From: Candidatus Zixiibacteriota bacterium
Lineage (GTDB): Bacteria > Zixibacteria > MSB-5A5 > UBA10806 > 4484-95
Assembly: GCA_029932605.1 (NCBI GenBank)
Contig: JAOZPT010000031.1
Location: 1-28,902, forward strand
Direction: 5' to 3'
DNA: 28,902 bases
The translations under genes and the position numbers were made by a program. The notes under the pieces were generated by a model that saw only the letters and a list, made by a program, of their open reading frames with translations, did no database searches and was not told where the DNA came from. Shown one piece after another: positions 7,792 through 16,970 of this stretch (positions are counted from its first letter, which is position 1; each line of letters begins with the position of its first letter).

Positions 7792-9642
7792 ATGAAAAAA
7801 GCTAAAAAGGTTGAGCGAGAGATTGATTTTTCCACAAAGCTGAAAAACCTCCCCGATTCTACGGGTGTATATCTTTTCAGGGATTCGTCCGGTAGGGTTA
7901 TTTATGTCGGCAAGGCGAAATCATTGAAGAACCGTGTGAGGTCTTATTTTACAACACCTTCAGACCATCCTCGTATAATAAAATTAGTGTCCTCCATAAG
8001 AGACCTTGAAATGCTTGTCACCGATTCCGAACTTGAAGCATTGATACTTGAATCAAATCTTATTAAGGAATATCAACCACGTTATAACGTGAACCTCAAG
8101 GATGATAAAAGATACCCCCATATAAAGATCACAGACGAGGTATATCCAAGGGTTCTCGTTGTACGAAGGATTATCGACGATAAAGCCAAGTATTTCGGGC
8201 CTTACACCAATGTCAGAGCCATGCGTCAAACCTTGAAGTTTTTACGAAAGGTTTTTCCGGTGCGTTCATGCAATCTTGTTATACCCTCCAAACGTAAATA
8301 CCGTGTCTGCTTGGACTATTATATCGGTCGATGTCCTGGATGTTGTGAACCAGGAAAAACCTCACCACAGGAATATGCTGAGATAATAGAGGGAGTTGTT
8401 TTATTTCTCTCCGGCCGATCAGAGGAGGTTATTGAGAAATTAGAAGTCAGGATGAATAAGCTTTCCAAGGCGGAGGAATTTGAAAAGGCTGCCAATGTGC
8501 GTGACCAGATTGCTGCAATAAAGTCGATGATTCAAAAACAGAAAGTGGTTTCGAACGACTTAATAGACCGGGACATAATTGCCATGGCTCGGTCGGTTGA
8601 GGATATTTGCATTGTAGTTCTGCAAATTCGTAAAGGGGTTCTTATCGGCAGGCAACATTTTTACCTTACCGCCGGTGAGGAGATTTCTGACAGTAAAGTG
8701 CTTTCATCGTTTATCCTAAGGTATTATAAAAGCGCATTTTTTTTGCCCTCAGAGATTTTTTTAACTTTGGAACCTGATGAACGATCTTTGATAAGTCAAT
8801 GGTTTATCTCCCAAAAGGCTAAATCTCTAAAACTGTATTACCCTAAAAAGGGGGAGAAACATAAACTTGTAGGTTTGGCTGAGAAGAATGCTCATCTACT
8901 TTTGGGAGAGCTTTTAGCAGAAAAAAGTCTAACCAAGAAGAAACCATCAGCAGTGCTTATTAATTTGCAGAGAAGCCTTTACTTGAAATCAATACCTCTG
9001 ACAATCGCCGCTTGCGATATATCAAATCTCGGCGGAACAGATGCTGTTGGTTCGATTGTTTTTTTCTCCGAAGCTAAACCTTTAAAAAAAGGATATCGCA
9101 GATTCAAGATTAAAACAGTCGAAGGACAGGATGATTGTTCTATGATGGCAGAGGTGATAACACGTTATTTCAACCACCTAATTGAGAACCGCGAGGATTT
9201 TCCAGACCTGCTTTTAATCGATGGTGGTAAGGGTCAGCTTGGAGCGACCTTGAAAGCATTAAAGGCGCTCGGAATCGAATCTCAGCAATGTGTCGCTTTG
9301 GCCAAGCGATTTGATGAAATTTATCTTCCAAACAGGTCCCAGCCTATTGGGATTCCCAGAACATCATCGGTCTTAAAACTTCTCCAACGGGTACGTAACG
9401 AAGCTCACAGATTTGCCATAAATTATCATCGTAAATTACGTACTCAAAAAATCGATATATCTGAACTTGACAAAATTCCCGGAATTGGAGATAAACGCAA
9501 ATACATCCTTCTGGGAGCTTTTGGCTCAGTGGAGGGAATAAAAAAGGCTAAACTTCAGGAACTTTTGAGCACCAGCGGAGTTCCCAGAAAAGTGGCTGTG
9601 AAAGTTTACGAACATTTCCACCAGAGAAAGCAAGATGGTTGA
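7792..9642 (+). CDS. uvrC: Excinuclease ABC subunit C
   Basis: GIY-YIG 'GVYLFRD...IYVGKAKSLKNRVRSYF'; Cys cluster; UVR 'EEFEKAANVRDQI'; RNase H-like 'DISN...DLLLIDGGKGQL'; 'RNEAHRFA'; HhH 'IPGIGDKR'. Start moved from TTG 7756 (the -35 box) to ATG 7792. Confidence 0.97.
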   Translation: MKKAKKVEREIDFSTKLKNLPDSTGVYLFRDSSGRVIYVGKAKSLKNRVRSYFTTPSDHPRIIKLVSSIRDLEMLVTDSELEALILESNLIKEYQPRYNVNLKDDKRYPHIKITDEVYPRVLVVRRIIDDKAKYFGPYTNVRAMRQTLKFLRKVFPVRSCNLVIPSKRKYRVCLDYYIGRCPGCCEPGKTSPQEYAEIIEGVVLFLSGRSEEVIEKLEVRMNKLSKAEEFEKAANVRDQIAAIKSMIQKQKVVSNDLIDRDIIAMARSVEDICIVVLQIRKGVLIGRQHFYLTAGEEISDSKVLSSFILRYYKSAFFLPSEIFLTLEPDERSLISQWFISQKAKSLKLYYPKKGEKHKLVGLAEKNAHLLLGELLAEKSLTKKKPSAVLINLQRSLYLKSIPLTIAACDISNLGGTDAVGSIVFFSEAKPLKKGYRRFKIKTVEGQDDCSMMAEVITRYFNHLIENREDFPDLLLIDGGKGQLGATLKALKALGIESQQCVALAKRFDEIYLPNRSQPIGIPRTSSVLKLLQRVRNEAHRFAINYHRKLRTQKIDISELDKIPGIGDKRKYILLGAFGSVEGIKKAKLQELLSTSGVPRKVAVKVYEHFHQRKQDG

Positions 9643-10261
9643 GAAATTGACTGTGGATATCCTCGAACTTGGCCCTTATGGCGTTAACTGTTATATCTTA
9701 AGCGATAACGGGCAGGCTGTGATAATCGACCCGGGATTTGACCCGGAAGCTATAGAGAAGTCCATAAATAGCAGAAAAATCGATATCAAACATATTATCA
9801 TTACCCATGGTCATATCGACCATATAATGGCTATACCCCAGATAAAAAAAATCACCGGAGCTTCAGTTTTAATTCACAAAAATGATGCTGTTATGCTCAC
9901 TGATCCCAAAACCAACCTTTCGGAATTTTTTACCTCTCCTTTTGCCGTTGATGTCGCTGACAGTTTTTTAGATGAGGGTGATGTTATCAATGTAGGACAG
10001 TTCCAGCTTAAAATTATCCATACTCCGGGGCATTCACCCGGAAGCATATCGTTGTTAACTGAGAAAATGGTTTTCACTGGTGATACGTTGTTTTTAGGTT
10101 CAATAGGCAGGACAGATATCCCGGGTGCGGATTATCAAACACTTATAAGTTCTATAAAGAATAAACTTTTCAAGTTGCCTGATAGTACTGTTGTTTATCC
10201 GGGTCATGGTCCTTATACCACTATCGGTAAAGAACGAACAAGTAACCCTTGGCTGACATGA
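9635..10261 (+). CDS. MBL-fold metallo-hydrolase (glyoxalase II/YcbL-like)
   Basis: 'THGHIDH', 'HTPGHSPGS', 'FTGDTLF', 'PGHG'; overlaps the uvrC end by 8 nt. Confidence 0.92.
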   Translation: MVEKLTVDILELGPYGVNCYILSDNGQAVIIDPGFDPEAIEKSINSRKIDIKHIIITHGHIDHIMAIPQIKKITGASVLIHKNDAVMLTDPKTNLSEFFTSPFAVDVADSFLDEGDVINVGQFQLKIIHTPGHSPGSISLLTEKMVFTGDTLFLGSIGRTDIPGADYQTLISSIKNKLFKLPDSTVVYPGHGPYTTIGKERTSNPWLT

Positions 10262-11082
10262 TTCCTTGTGACCTTCATGTCCATCCGGACTATTCGTTTG
10301 ATGCATATTCGAGCATCGAAGATTATTGTAAGAAAGCTCGACAGATTGGATTGCGGGTGATTGGTTTTACCCCTCATTATGATACTAATCCCAACAGGAA
10401 TGAAATAGATCCTTTTATGAATGTAGATGGTGAAAAAGTTAGAATTGATGATTACGCTATCGGTAGGTATTTCGATGATTGTTTTGAAGCTCGTAAAGAG
10501 TTTCCCGACCTGAATATTTTAATCGGGCTGGAGGTAGATTATTTTCGCGGTGTTGAGGCCGAAGTGATGAGATTAAAATCGGAGTTTCCATTCGATTATT
10601 TCATTGGTTCGATACATTGTCTTGATGATATTGCCATTTCTTCAAAAAAAGAGGCTCCCGATTATTTTAATTCGCATAGTCTTGAACAGATGGCTAACAG
10701 TTACTTCGGACTTTTATATGACCTTGCCAACTGTGGCCTTTTTGATGTCATCGGACATGCTGATTATTATTGGCGTTTTGGAATCCTTTATTATGGTGAG
10801 GAGATTTTCGAAATCTATAAGAGCAGGCTTGAGAAAGTGGCAAAAGCTGCTGTTCGCACCAATACCGGTTTTGAGATAAATACCGCCCAAAATAGGTATG
10901 GCAATGATGATTTCCATCCAAGATTGGATTTTCTCAAATGCGCGGTTGAGTATGGTGTAAAAATCAATGCTATCGGTTCAGATTCGCACCGTGATGATTA
11001 TCTCGGTTGCAATATCAATATGGTGCTTAAGTTGCTGGCCAAACACGCCATTCCTTTTAAGGTATTTTATGAAACCTGTTAA
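10258..11082 (+). CDS. PHP-family phosphatase (histidinol-phosphatase HisJ/HisK-like)
   Basis: 'DLHVH', 'GLEVDY', 'DYFIGSIH', 'GHADY', 'FEINT', 'GSDSH'; ATGA overlap at 10258-10261. Confidence 0.85.
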   Translation: MIPCDLHVHPDYSFDAYSSIEDYCKKARQIGLRVIGFTPHYDTNPNRNEIDPFMNVDGEKVRIDDYAIGRYFDDCFEARKEFPDLNILIGLEVDYFRGVEAEVMRLKSEFPFDYFIGSIHCLDDIAISSKKEAPDYFNSHSLEQMANSYFGLLYDLANCGLFDVIGHADYYWRFGILYYGEEIFEIYKSRLEKVAKAAVRTNTGFEINTAQNRYGNDDFHPRLDFLKCAVEYGVKINAIGSDSHRDDYLGCNINMVLKLLAKHAIPFKVFYETC

Positions 11083-11701
11083 GCTAAAGCGTTCGTTTTT
11101 CAATAGGCCAACGATTGATGTAGCGGTTGACCTTCTCGGCAAGATTTTTATCTACATGGATGGCTCAAAGAAGATTGGAGGACGGTTAGTTGAGGTTGAG
11201 GCTTATATTGGAAAAGACGACCCAGCTTGTCATGCCTGCCATGGTAAAACCCCCAGAAACGAGATTATGTTTGGTAAGCCGGGGTACCTTTATGTTTATT
11301 TTACCTATGGTAACCATCACATGCTAAATATAGTTACTGAAAAAGAGGGTTTTCCTGCGGCAGTATTATTAAGGGGCTTAGAACCGCTTTACGGAATAAA
11401 GCAGATGATGAAAAATCGCGGTGTAGATAAATTAACCGATGCTACCAACGGACCAGGGAAAATCGCTAAAGCCCAGGGGATAACCGTGAAACAGAAAGGG
11501 CTTGATGTTACTGGAGATAAAATATATGTCGTTGATGACATGACCCAACCGGGAGAGATATGGTGCTCGCCACGTATTGGTATAGGCGATAGAGGCGCTG
11601 ATAAGATGTGGCGTTTTTTTATCAAGGATAATCCGTATGTTTCAAAAGCACCACCATATATTGATAAGATGTCAAGAAGGTTTTGTAGGAAAACACATTG
11701 A
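11069..11701 (+). CDS. mpg: DNA-3-methyladenine glycosylase (AAG/MPG family)
   Basis: 'GRLVEVEAYIG..DPACHA', 'YVYFTYGNH..LNIV', 'AVLLRGLEP', 'NGPGK', 'PRIGI'. Start at ATG 11069, overlapping the PHP gene. Confidence 0.95.
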   Translation: MKPVKLKRSFFNRPTIDVAVDLLGKIFIYMDGSKKIGGRLVEVEAYIGKDDPACHACHGKTPRNEIMFGKPGYLYVYFTYGNHHMLNIVTEKEGFPAAVLLRGLEPLYGIKQMMKNRGVDKLTDATNGPGKIAKAQGITVKQKGLDVTGDKIYVVDDMTQPGEIWCSPRIGIGDRGADKMWRFFIKDNPYVSKAPPYIDKMSRRFCRKTH

Positions 11702-11757
11702 CTTATCTTAAAACAGATTTTCATATCAACACCCAGACTGTTAAGCTGTTTTAGTTC

Positions 11758-11785
11758 TTGCAATATCATCGCCAATATATATAAT
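11758..11785 (+). promoter_or_regulatory. sigma70-type promoter of the site-2 protease operon
   Basis: TTGCAA, 16-nt spacer, TATAAT; SD GGAGG before TTG 11823. Confidence 0.5.
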
Positions 11786-11822
11786 TCTGTTTGGGATATG
11801 AAATATCGATAGGGGAGGGAAA

Positions 11823-12464
11823 TTGCTCAACCCTGAGCAAATAATTTTACTTGCACCACCGTTTTTGTTAGCGATAACAGTGCATGAGTTTTCTCATGGT
11901 TATATTGCATATCGTTTAGGCGATTCTACTGCCAGGGATATGGGGCGGCTGACCTTTAACCCGATTGCCCATATTGATCTTTTTGGCCTTTTAGCATTGT
12001 TTTTTATAGGATTTGGGTGGGCAAAACCTGTACCGGTAAACCCACATAATCTCGCAAATCCTCGCCAGGACAACCTCTGGATATCTTTAGCTGGACCAGT
12101 CTCGAATTTCATAAGTGCTTTTTTATTCGGTTTGTTATTTCGATTGTTATATCCAATTCTACCTGATTCAGGGATAAGCGCTATTATATTGGGAATGATA
12201 TTCTTTGGTGTCTGGATAAATCTAATCCTCACCATATTTAATCTCTTGCCCATTCCCCCACTTGATGGATTTCATATCTTAGAGGGCCTTGTTTCAACTG
12301 ATACTTATGTAGCCCTTCAGCCTTTGAAACGTTTTGGACCGATGATTCTTTTGGGCTTGATAATAGTATCAAGTTTTACGGGTCTTGGAATTTTCAGAAT
12401 GATTTTTAACCCGTTTCTGGCTGTTTTTGGAAGTTTATTTACTGGACAAAGTCTTGCGTTTTAA
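11823..12464 (+). CDS. Site-2 protease (peptidase M50, YwhC-like)
   Basis: HEFSH, 'FGWAKPVPVN', 'LAGPVSN', 'FNLLPIPPLDG'; multiple TM segments. Confidence 0.95.
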   Translation: MLNPEQIILLAPPFLLAITVHEFSHGYIAYRLGDSTARDMGRLTFNPIAHIDLFGLLALFFIGFGWAKPVPVNPHNLANPRQDNLWISLAGPVSNFISAFLFGLLFRLLYPILPDSGISAIILGMIFFGVWINLILTIFNLLPIPPLDGFHILEGLVSTDTYVALQPLKRFGPMILLGLIIVSSFTGLGIFRMIFNPFLAVFGSLFTGQSLAF

Positions 12465-13170
12465 AATTTCGGTTTTTTCATTGCTTGTCATTTTGGCTTG
12501 TGGACCAAAACCCGAGGTCGAGGTCCAAATTAAACTGACACCGGAATATATAATGGATAGTTATCATAATATGTATCATAATATTAACTCGCTTGCCTTA
12601 AGTGGAACTTTAAGTATCATTTCAGATAGGGCTTATGATTGCAATTTACAATTAATGTACATTCAACCTGATAGTTTTGCATTTTTAGCCGAGGGGTCTT
12701 TCGGAATCGATATCGCCCGGGGAGCACTGGTTGCTGATTCCGGTTATTTCGAGGTGCCTAAAGAACGTTATCATCAAAACCTCTCAAGCGGGGATTATAT
12801 TTTTCTTGATGATATCAGGTTAGATATAAATAGCTTGATACAAGCAGTTATTTTTTTCCAGGTAAGCCATGATTTTAAATATATGGAGCGATCCGGTTCG
12901 AGATTTATATATTCATGTAACGATGGAGAGAATAAACGGATAATTGAGCTAAACAGTGATTCATTTACTCCTATCAGCCAGACTTTATACAATCTAACCG
13001 ATACTCTCACAGTTGATTATTATAAGTGGGAAATTTTTACAGACGATATTAGATTTCCCGAACGAATAATAATGAATTCAAAAGTTTCGGATACGGATAT
13101 TAATTATCAGATTAAAAAAGTAAAGGTCAATCCTATCATAAATAGGGCATTTTTTATGCCGGAGTTTTAA
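12454..13170 (+). CDS. Putative lipoprotein, possibly LolA/LolB-like or DUF4292-like fold
   Basis: Likely TTG start at 12454 (ORF track begins at 12427); 'RFKISVFSLLVILA-C' lipobox; C-terminal 'FPERI...KVNPIINRAFFMP' is typical of Lol-type folds (inference). Confidence 0.6.
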   Translation: MRFKISVFSLLVILACGPKPEVEVQIKLTPEYIMDSYHNMYHNINSLALSGTLSIISDRAYDCNLQLMYIQPDSFAFLAEGSFGIDIARGALVADSGYFEVPKERYHQNLSSGDYIFLDDIRLDINSLIQAVIFFQVSHDFKYMERSGSRFIYSCNDGENKRIIELNSDSFTPISQTLYNLTDTLTVDYYKWEIFTDDIRFPERIIMNSKVSDTDINYQIKKVKVNPIINRAFFMPEF

Positions 13171-13218
13171 TGGGTTGAGTTGTAATAAGTTAATGGTTTT
13201 AGTGCATAACGAATGAAC

Positions 13219-13246
13219 TTGACAAATCAAGATTATTTTGTATTAT
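13219..13246 (+). promoter_or_regulatory. sigma70-type promoter
   Basis: TTGACA, 16-nt spacer, TATTAT upstream of ATG 13391. Confidence 0.45.
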
Positions 13247-13390
13247 AAATATAATTGATATAATGTCTATTTCCGAAAGAGATAAGTCATTGGCGTTTTT
13301 ATTTGGTATCAGAAGAGATTTGAAAGCCGGAAGATATTAAGTGATAGCGATATTTAATTTGAGGCCTTATCGCATTTTTTTGGAGTTAAA

Positions 13391-16300
13391 ATGAGGTTTA
13401 AGATATTAACGTATACCAGTGCTTTTATCTTTGGGTTGTTTTTTATTGTTGTTATAGCAGGTGAATCCAGAGAAGGATGGCATGGGAGTGATTCAAAATC
13501 CGTTGAAAAACATGGCCTGCCGTTAATACTTGGCCATGGCGGTCCTGATGAGGGTGGATATTATTATATTGATAGCGATGATGATGCTTATAATGCACCA
13601 GTGTTTAACTGGATTGATATCACCGCCGTTGGTACTCCAGTTGATAGCTTGGGTGATGATGAGTATATGGGGAAATTTTATATCGGATTTGAATTTCCTT
13701 TTTATGGACACTCTTACGATTCTATCTTGATATGCTCTAACGGCTGGATATCTTTTACAAGCAGATCTACTAAATGTATTAACGATCCGATCCCTTGTAT
13801 TGTCAGTCCGAATAACCTTCTGGCGATATGGTGGGATGACCTTGTTGTACTTGATGATGATGATGTATTTTATTACTTCGACTTAAACAACATGCGGTTT
13901 ATCGTTTCCTATAATGGTATCTGTAATTATCCCAGCACCGGCAATTTGAACTTCCAGGTTATACTGTATGTGGATGGTACCATTATCTACCAGTATGGCG
14001 TTATGGATCCTGGTTCTGATTATGAGGGTTTAGAAAGCGCTACGGTTGGCATTGAGAATTATGATGGTACTATTGGCTCTCAATATCTTTATGATCAGGA
14101 GGGTATCCATGATAGTATGGCTGTATATTTCGGGCTTAACCCGCCTGTATATGGCGACTATAGCGTATGTCCAACGCGATTTATCTCGCCTGGTTTAATA
14201 GGCCAGGTAGATGACCCTATTTCACCAAAGGTTGTTTTTACCAACATAGGTGGAGAAACGGTATCTTTCGATACCCGTTTAATCATTATCTTAGATTCGA
14301 TTGAGCAATATAATTTTACTGTACCCGTTATTGATTTGCACACGGGCGACAGCATCACCGTCAACTTCCCTGAATTTACACCTTATGTTGAGGGTATATA
14401 TACTTTGACCGCAATCTCTGAACTTGATAACGATGAAATCCCCTCAGATGATACTCTTGGTTTTGAATATCAAGTATTTAACCTGGTTTATTACGAGGAT
14501 TTCGAAGCCAACGATGGTTATTATGTTGGTAGTGATGACTGGGAACATGGCATACCAACAACCGGTCCCGGTGAAGCTTATTCCGGGATTAATCTATGGG
14601 GCACTCTTATAAATGAGTATTATTCGAACGGTCCCTTGCTTTCAACGCTTGTAAGTCCCCCGATTGCCCTGGGAAGCAACCCTATTTTATCTTTTCGTCA
14701 TTGGTATTATACCGAACATCTATTTGATGGTGGCAATGTGAAGGTTTCCACAGATGAGGGGAATTCGTGGGAGATTTTAACTCCGGATGATGGATATGAT
14801 GGCATACTTTCTACCGAGTGGGGAAACCCTATTGGTGGCGAAGAGGCTTTTTTCGGACAGTCTAATGACTGGCTATACGAGACATTTGACCTGTTTGGTT
14901 ACGCGGGTAGTATTATCTTGCTCCGGTTTGACTTTGGCGCGGATAGTGCTGTGGTTACAGGTGATGGTTGGTATATAGACGATATTATGGTGTTGAACGG
15001 TGGAATATTAGACCCAGGTTGGATTAAAGGTTATATCAGCGATTTTTACTCCGGTTTACCTCTGGATAACGCTGTTGTTAATTCTCATTCGGTGGTTGAT
15101 ACTACCGGTGAAGATGGTCTTTACATACTTGAGATTTTTCCTGGAACGTATTCGGTGACAGCCTCTGCCGATTATTATAATCCTTTAACCATTTCTGGTA
15201 TATATGTTTTTGAGGCTGAGACAACTTATCAGGATTTTGCCTTGAGTGCCTACGGAATCGAGGTAGACACTACATCTATCGATATCGATATGCAAGCCGG
15301 TGAGATTGATACTTTTTCAAGGACAATCACTAACATAGGCGATGGAGATATTTATTTTCGGATTGATATTTCTTATGATGAACCTCTAAGAATTAACACA
15401 TTATCTAAACCTTCATTTACCGTTAATCCGATTATAGGTAAGGTGGATCCCTTAGTTGTTATGGCAAAAAAGCCCATCTCTACCGATAAGTCAATCACTG
15501 CTCCAAATGATAATCCAAATTATGAACCTCCTGTGATATTAGATTTTGGTGATGAAATTACATATTTTGATTTTGAGGTTTTAACAGGTGATCCCATGCT
15601 ACTGGGCGTTACCTATGGAGGGGGTTATTTCTGGGTTTCCGGGGGTAATGGTTTTGCTGATCCGAACTATCTTTATAAGTTCGACAATAATGGCCAGCTG
15701 GTTGATACTTATGAACAGGGAACGGCTGGGATCGGCTGGCTTGACCTAACCTGGGATGGCCAGTATGTATATGGCACTGATTATCAGTCTAATATCATAA
15801 ACCAGTTTGACCCAATATCCGGACAGGTGGTTGGTATCATACCCAACCCGCTTGCTGCAGGTTTAGGTCTTACCTATGACCCTGAAACTGACCATTTCTG
15901 GGGAGTGCATTTTTGGGGAAGTAATATTATTGAGTTTGACCGTAATGGTGAAATTATCAACTCATTTTCCCAGGAGCCTTATAATACAATTTTTGGGCTT
16001 GGTTGGGATAATGCTTCTTCAGATGGTCCTTGGTTATGGGTGTTTGCGCAGGAACCGGATGATATGCCATTGACCATTGCTCAGTTTAACCCTCGAGAGG
16101 GTTCATTCACCGGAATGCAATTTTTGGCGGTCAATCACAGCGGTGATCCTTTAAACCCGAATGTTGCCGGGGGTGCAAGTTTTACCACTGACTGGGATCC
16201 AACCCTGGGCGTCTTTATTTGTCTGCTTCAGGGAGAAGATAGCCATGATGGTGTAGGCATATACGAGATTACGTCATATTCAACCTGGTTGAGGGTATCT

Positions 16301-16753
16301 CCGATGTTTGGAACCATTGCTCCGGCAGAAAGCGAGAGCCTTGAGATCGTGTTAGATTTGTCAACTGCTGATATAGATACTATACTTGATGCTACTATAG
16401 CTGTTGAGAACAACACCTCTGACGAACCTGTTATCGGTGTCCATGTCGATGTGGTTACCGGTGTTGAAGATGAAAATAATATGCTGCCATCGGAGTATAG
16501 CCTGTCACAGAATTTTCCCAACCCGTTTAATACGACAACGGAAATAAATTTTGCCCTTCCCATTTCCTCTGATGTTGATATAAGTGTTTACAATGTGCTT
16601 GGCCAGAAAGTGGCTACTTTGGTTTCAAGCTATATGAATGCCGGTTACCACAAGATTCTATGGGATGCCTCCAGTGTTACTTCGGGAATTTATTTTTATA
16701 AGCTATCTGCAGGCGATTATACTGATGTCTGTAAGATGACCCTGCTCAAATAG
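13391..16753 (+). CDS. Large multidomain secreted/surface protein with T9SS-type C-terminal tail
   Basis: Signal peptide; nidogen-like 'IGFEFPFYG...SNGWISF...IWWDDL'; CARDB-like Ig; MAM/immune-inhibitor-like jelly roll 'DGGNVKVSTDEGNSW...GWYIDDI'; carboxypeptidase-regulatory-like domain; propeller region; tail 'QNFPNPFN...SGIYFYKL...KMTLLK'. Confidence 0.85.
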   Translation: MRFKILTYTSAFIFGLFFIVVIAGESREGWHGSDSKSVEKHGLPLILGHGGPDEGGYYYIDSDDDAYNAPVFNWIDITAVGTPVDSLGDDEYMGKFYIGFEFPFYGHSYDSILICSNGWISFTSRSTKCINDPIPCIVSPNNLLAIWWDDLVVLDDDDVFYYFDLNNMRFIVSYNGICNYPSTGNLNFQVILYVDGTIIYQYGVMDPGSDYEGLESATVGIENYDGTIGSQYLYDQEGIHDSMAVYFGLNPPVYGDYSVCPTRFISPGLIGQVDDPISPKVVFTNIGGETVSFDTRLIIILDSIEQYNFTVPVIDLHTGDSITVNFPEFTPYVEGIYTLTAISELDNDEIPSDDTLGFEYQVFNLVYYEDFEANDGYYVGSDDWEHGIPTTGPGEAYSGINLWGTLINEYYSNGPLLSTLVSPPIALGSNPILSFRHWYYTEHLFDGGNVKVSTDEGNSWEILTPDDGYDGILSTEWGNPIGGEEAFFGQSNDWLYETFDLFGYAGSIILLRFDFGADSAVVTGDGWYIDDIMVLNGGILDPGWIKGYISDFYSGLPLDNAVVNSHSVVDTTGEDGLYILEIFPGTYSVTASADYYNPLTISGIYVFEAETTYQDFALSAYGIEVDTTSIDIDMQAGEIDTFSRTITNIGDGDIYFRIDISYDEPLRINTLSKPSFTVNPIIGKVDPLVVMAKKPISTDKSITAPNDNPNYEPPVILDFGDEITYFDFEVLTGDPMLLGVTYGGGYFWVSGGNGFADPNYLYKFDNNGQLVDTYEQGTAGIGWLDLTWDGQYVYGTDYQSNIINQFDPISGQVVGIIPNPLAAGLGLTYDPETDHFWGVHFWGSNIIEFDRNGEIINSFSQEPYNTIFGLGWDNASSDGPWLWVFAQEPDDMPLTIAQFNPREGSFTGMQFLAVNHSGDPLNPNVAGGASFTTDWDPTLGVFICLLQGEDSHDGVGIYEITSYSTWLRVSPMFGTIAPAESESLEIVLDLSTADIDTILDATIAVENNTSDEPVIGVHVDVVTGVEDENNMLPSEYSLSQNFPNPFNTTTEINFALPISSDVDISVYNVLGQKVATLVSSYMNAGYHKILWDASSVTSGIYFYKLSAGDYTDVCKMTLLK

Positions 16754-16765
16754 AAGGTGTTTTCT

Positions 16766-16834
16766 GTAGGATTTAAAATCCTATTAAACGAGTGTTTCAG
16801 AACCTCTGTAGAGGCGTATTGTAATACACTCCTA
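16766..16834 (+). repeat. Two degenerate GTAG-headed palindromes (REP-like)
   Basis: G-TAGGATTT-A-AAATCCTA (16766-16783) and GTAGAGGCGTATTGTAATACACTCCTA (16808-16834). Confidence 0.45.
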
Positions 16835-16934
16835 TTTTAGAATTAAAGTGAGGTTACACATAAGGAGATTTCTCTTTTATCATCAACATAAGATAATCTT
16901 AAACGAGGGTTTTTTTATTTTCCTGCCGATATAA

Positions 16935-16964
16935 TTGACTGTGGAATGGGTTATTCAATATAAT
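16935..16964 (+). promoter_or_regulatory. sigma70-type promoter of xerD (probably leaderless)
   Basis: TTGACT, 18-nt spacer, TATAAT (16959-16964); in-frame GTG begins at 16971. Confidence 0.65.
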
Positions 16965-16970
16965 ATATAT

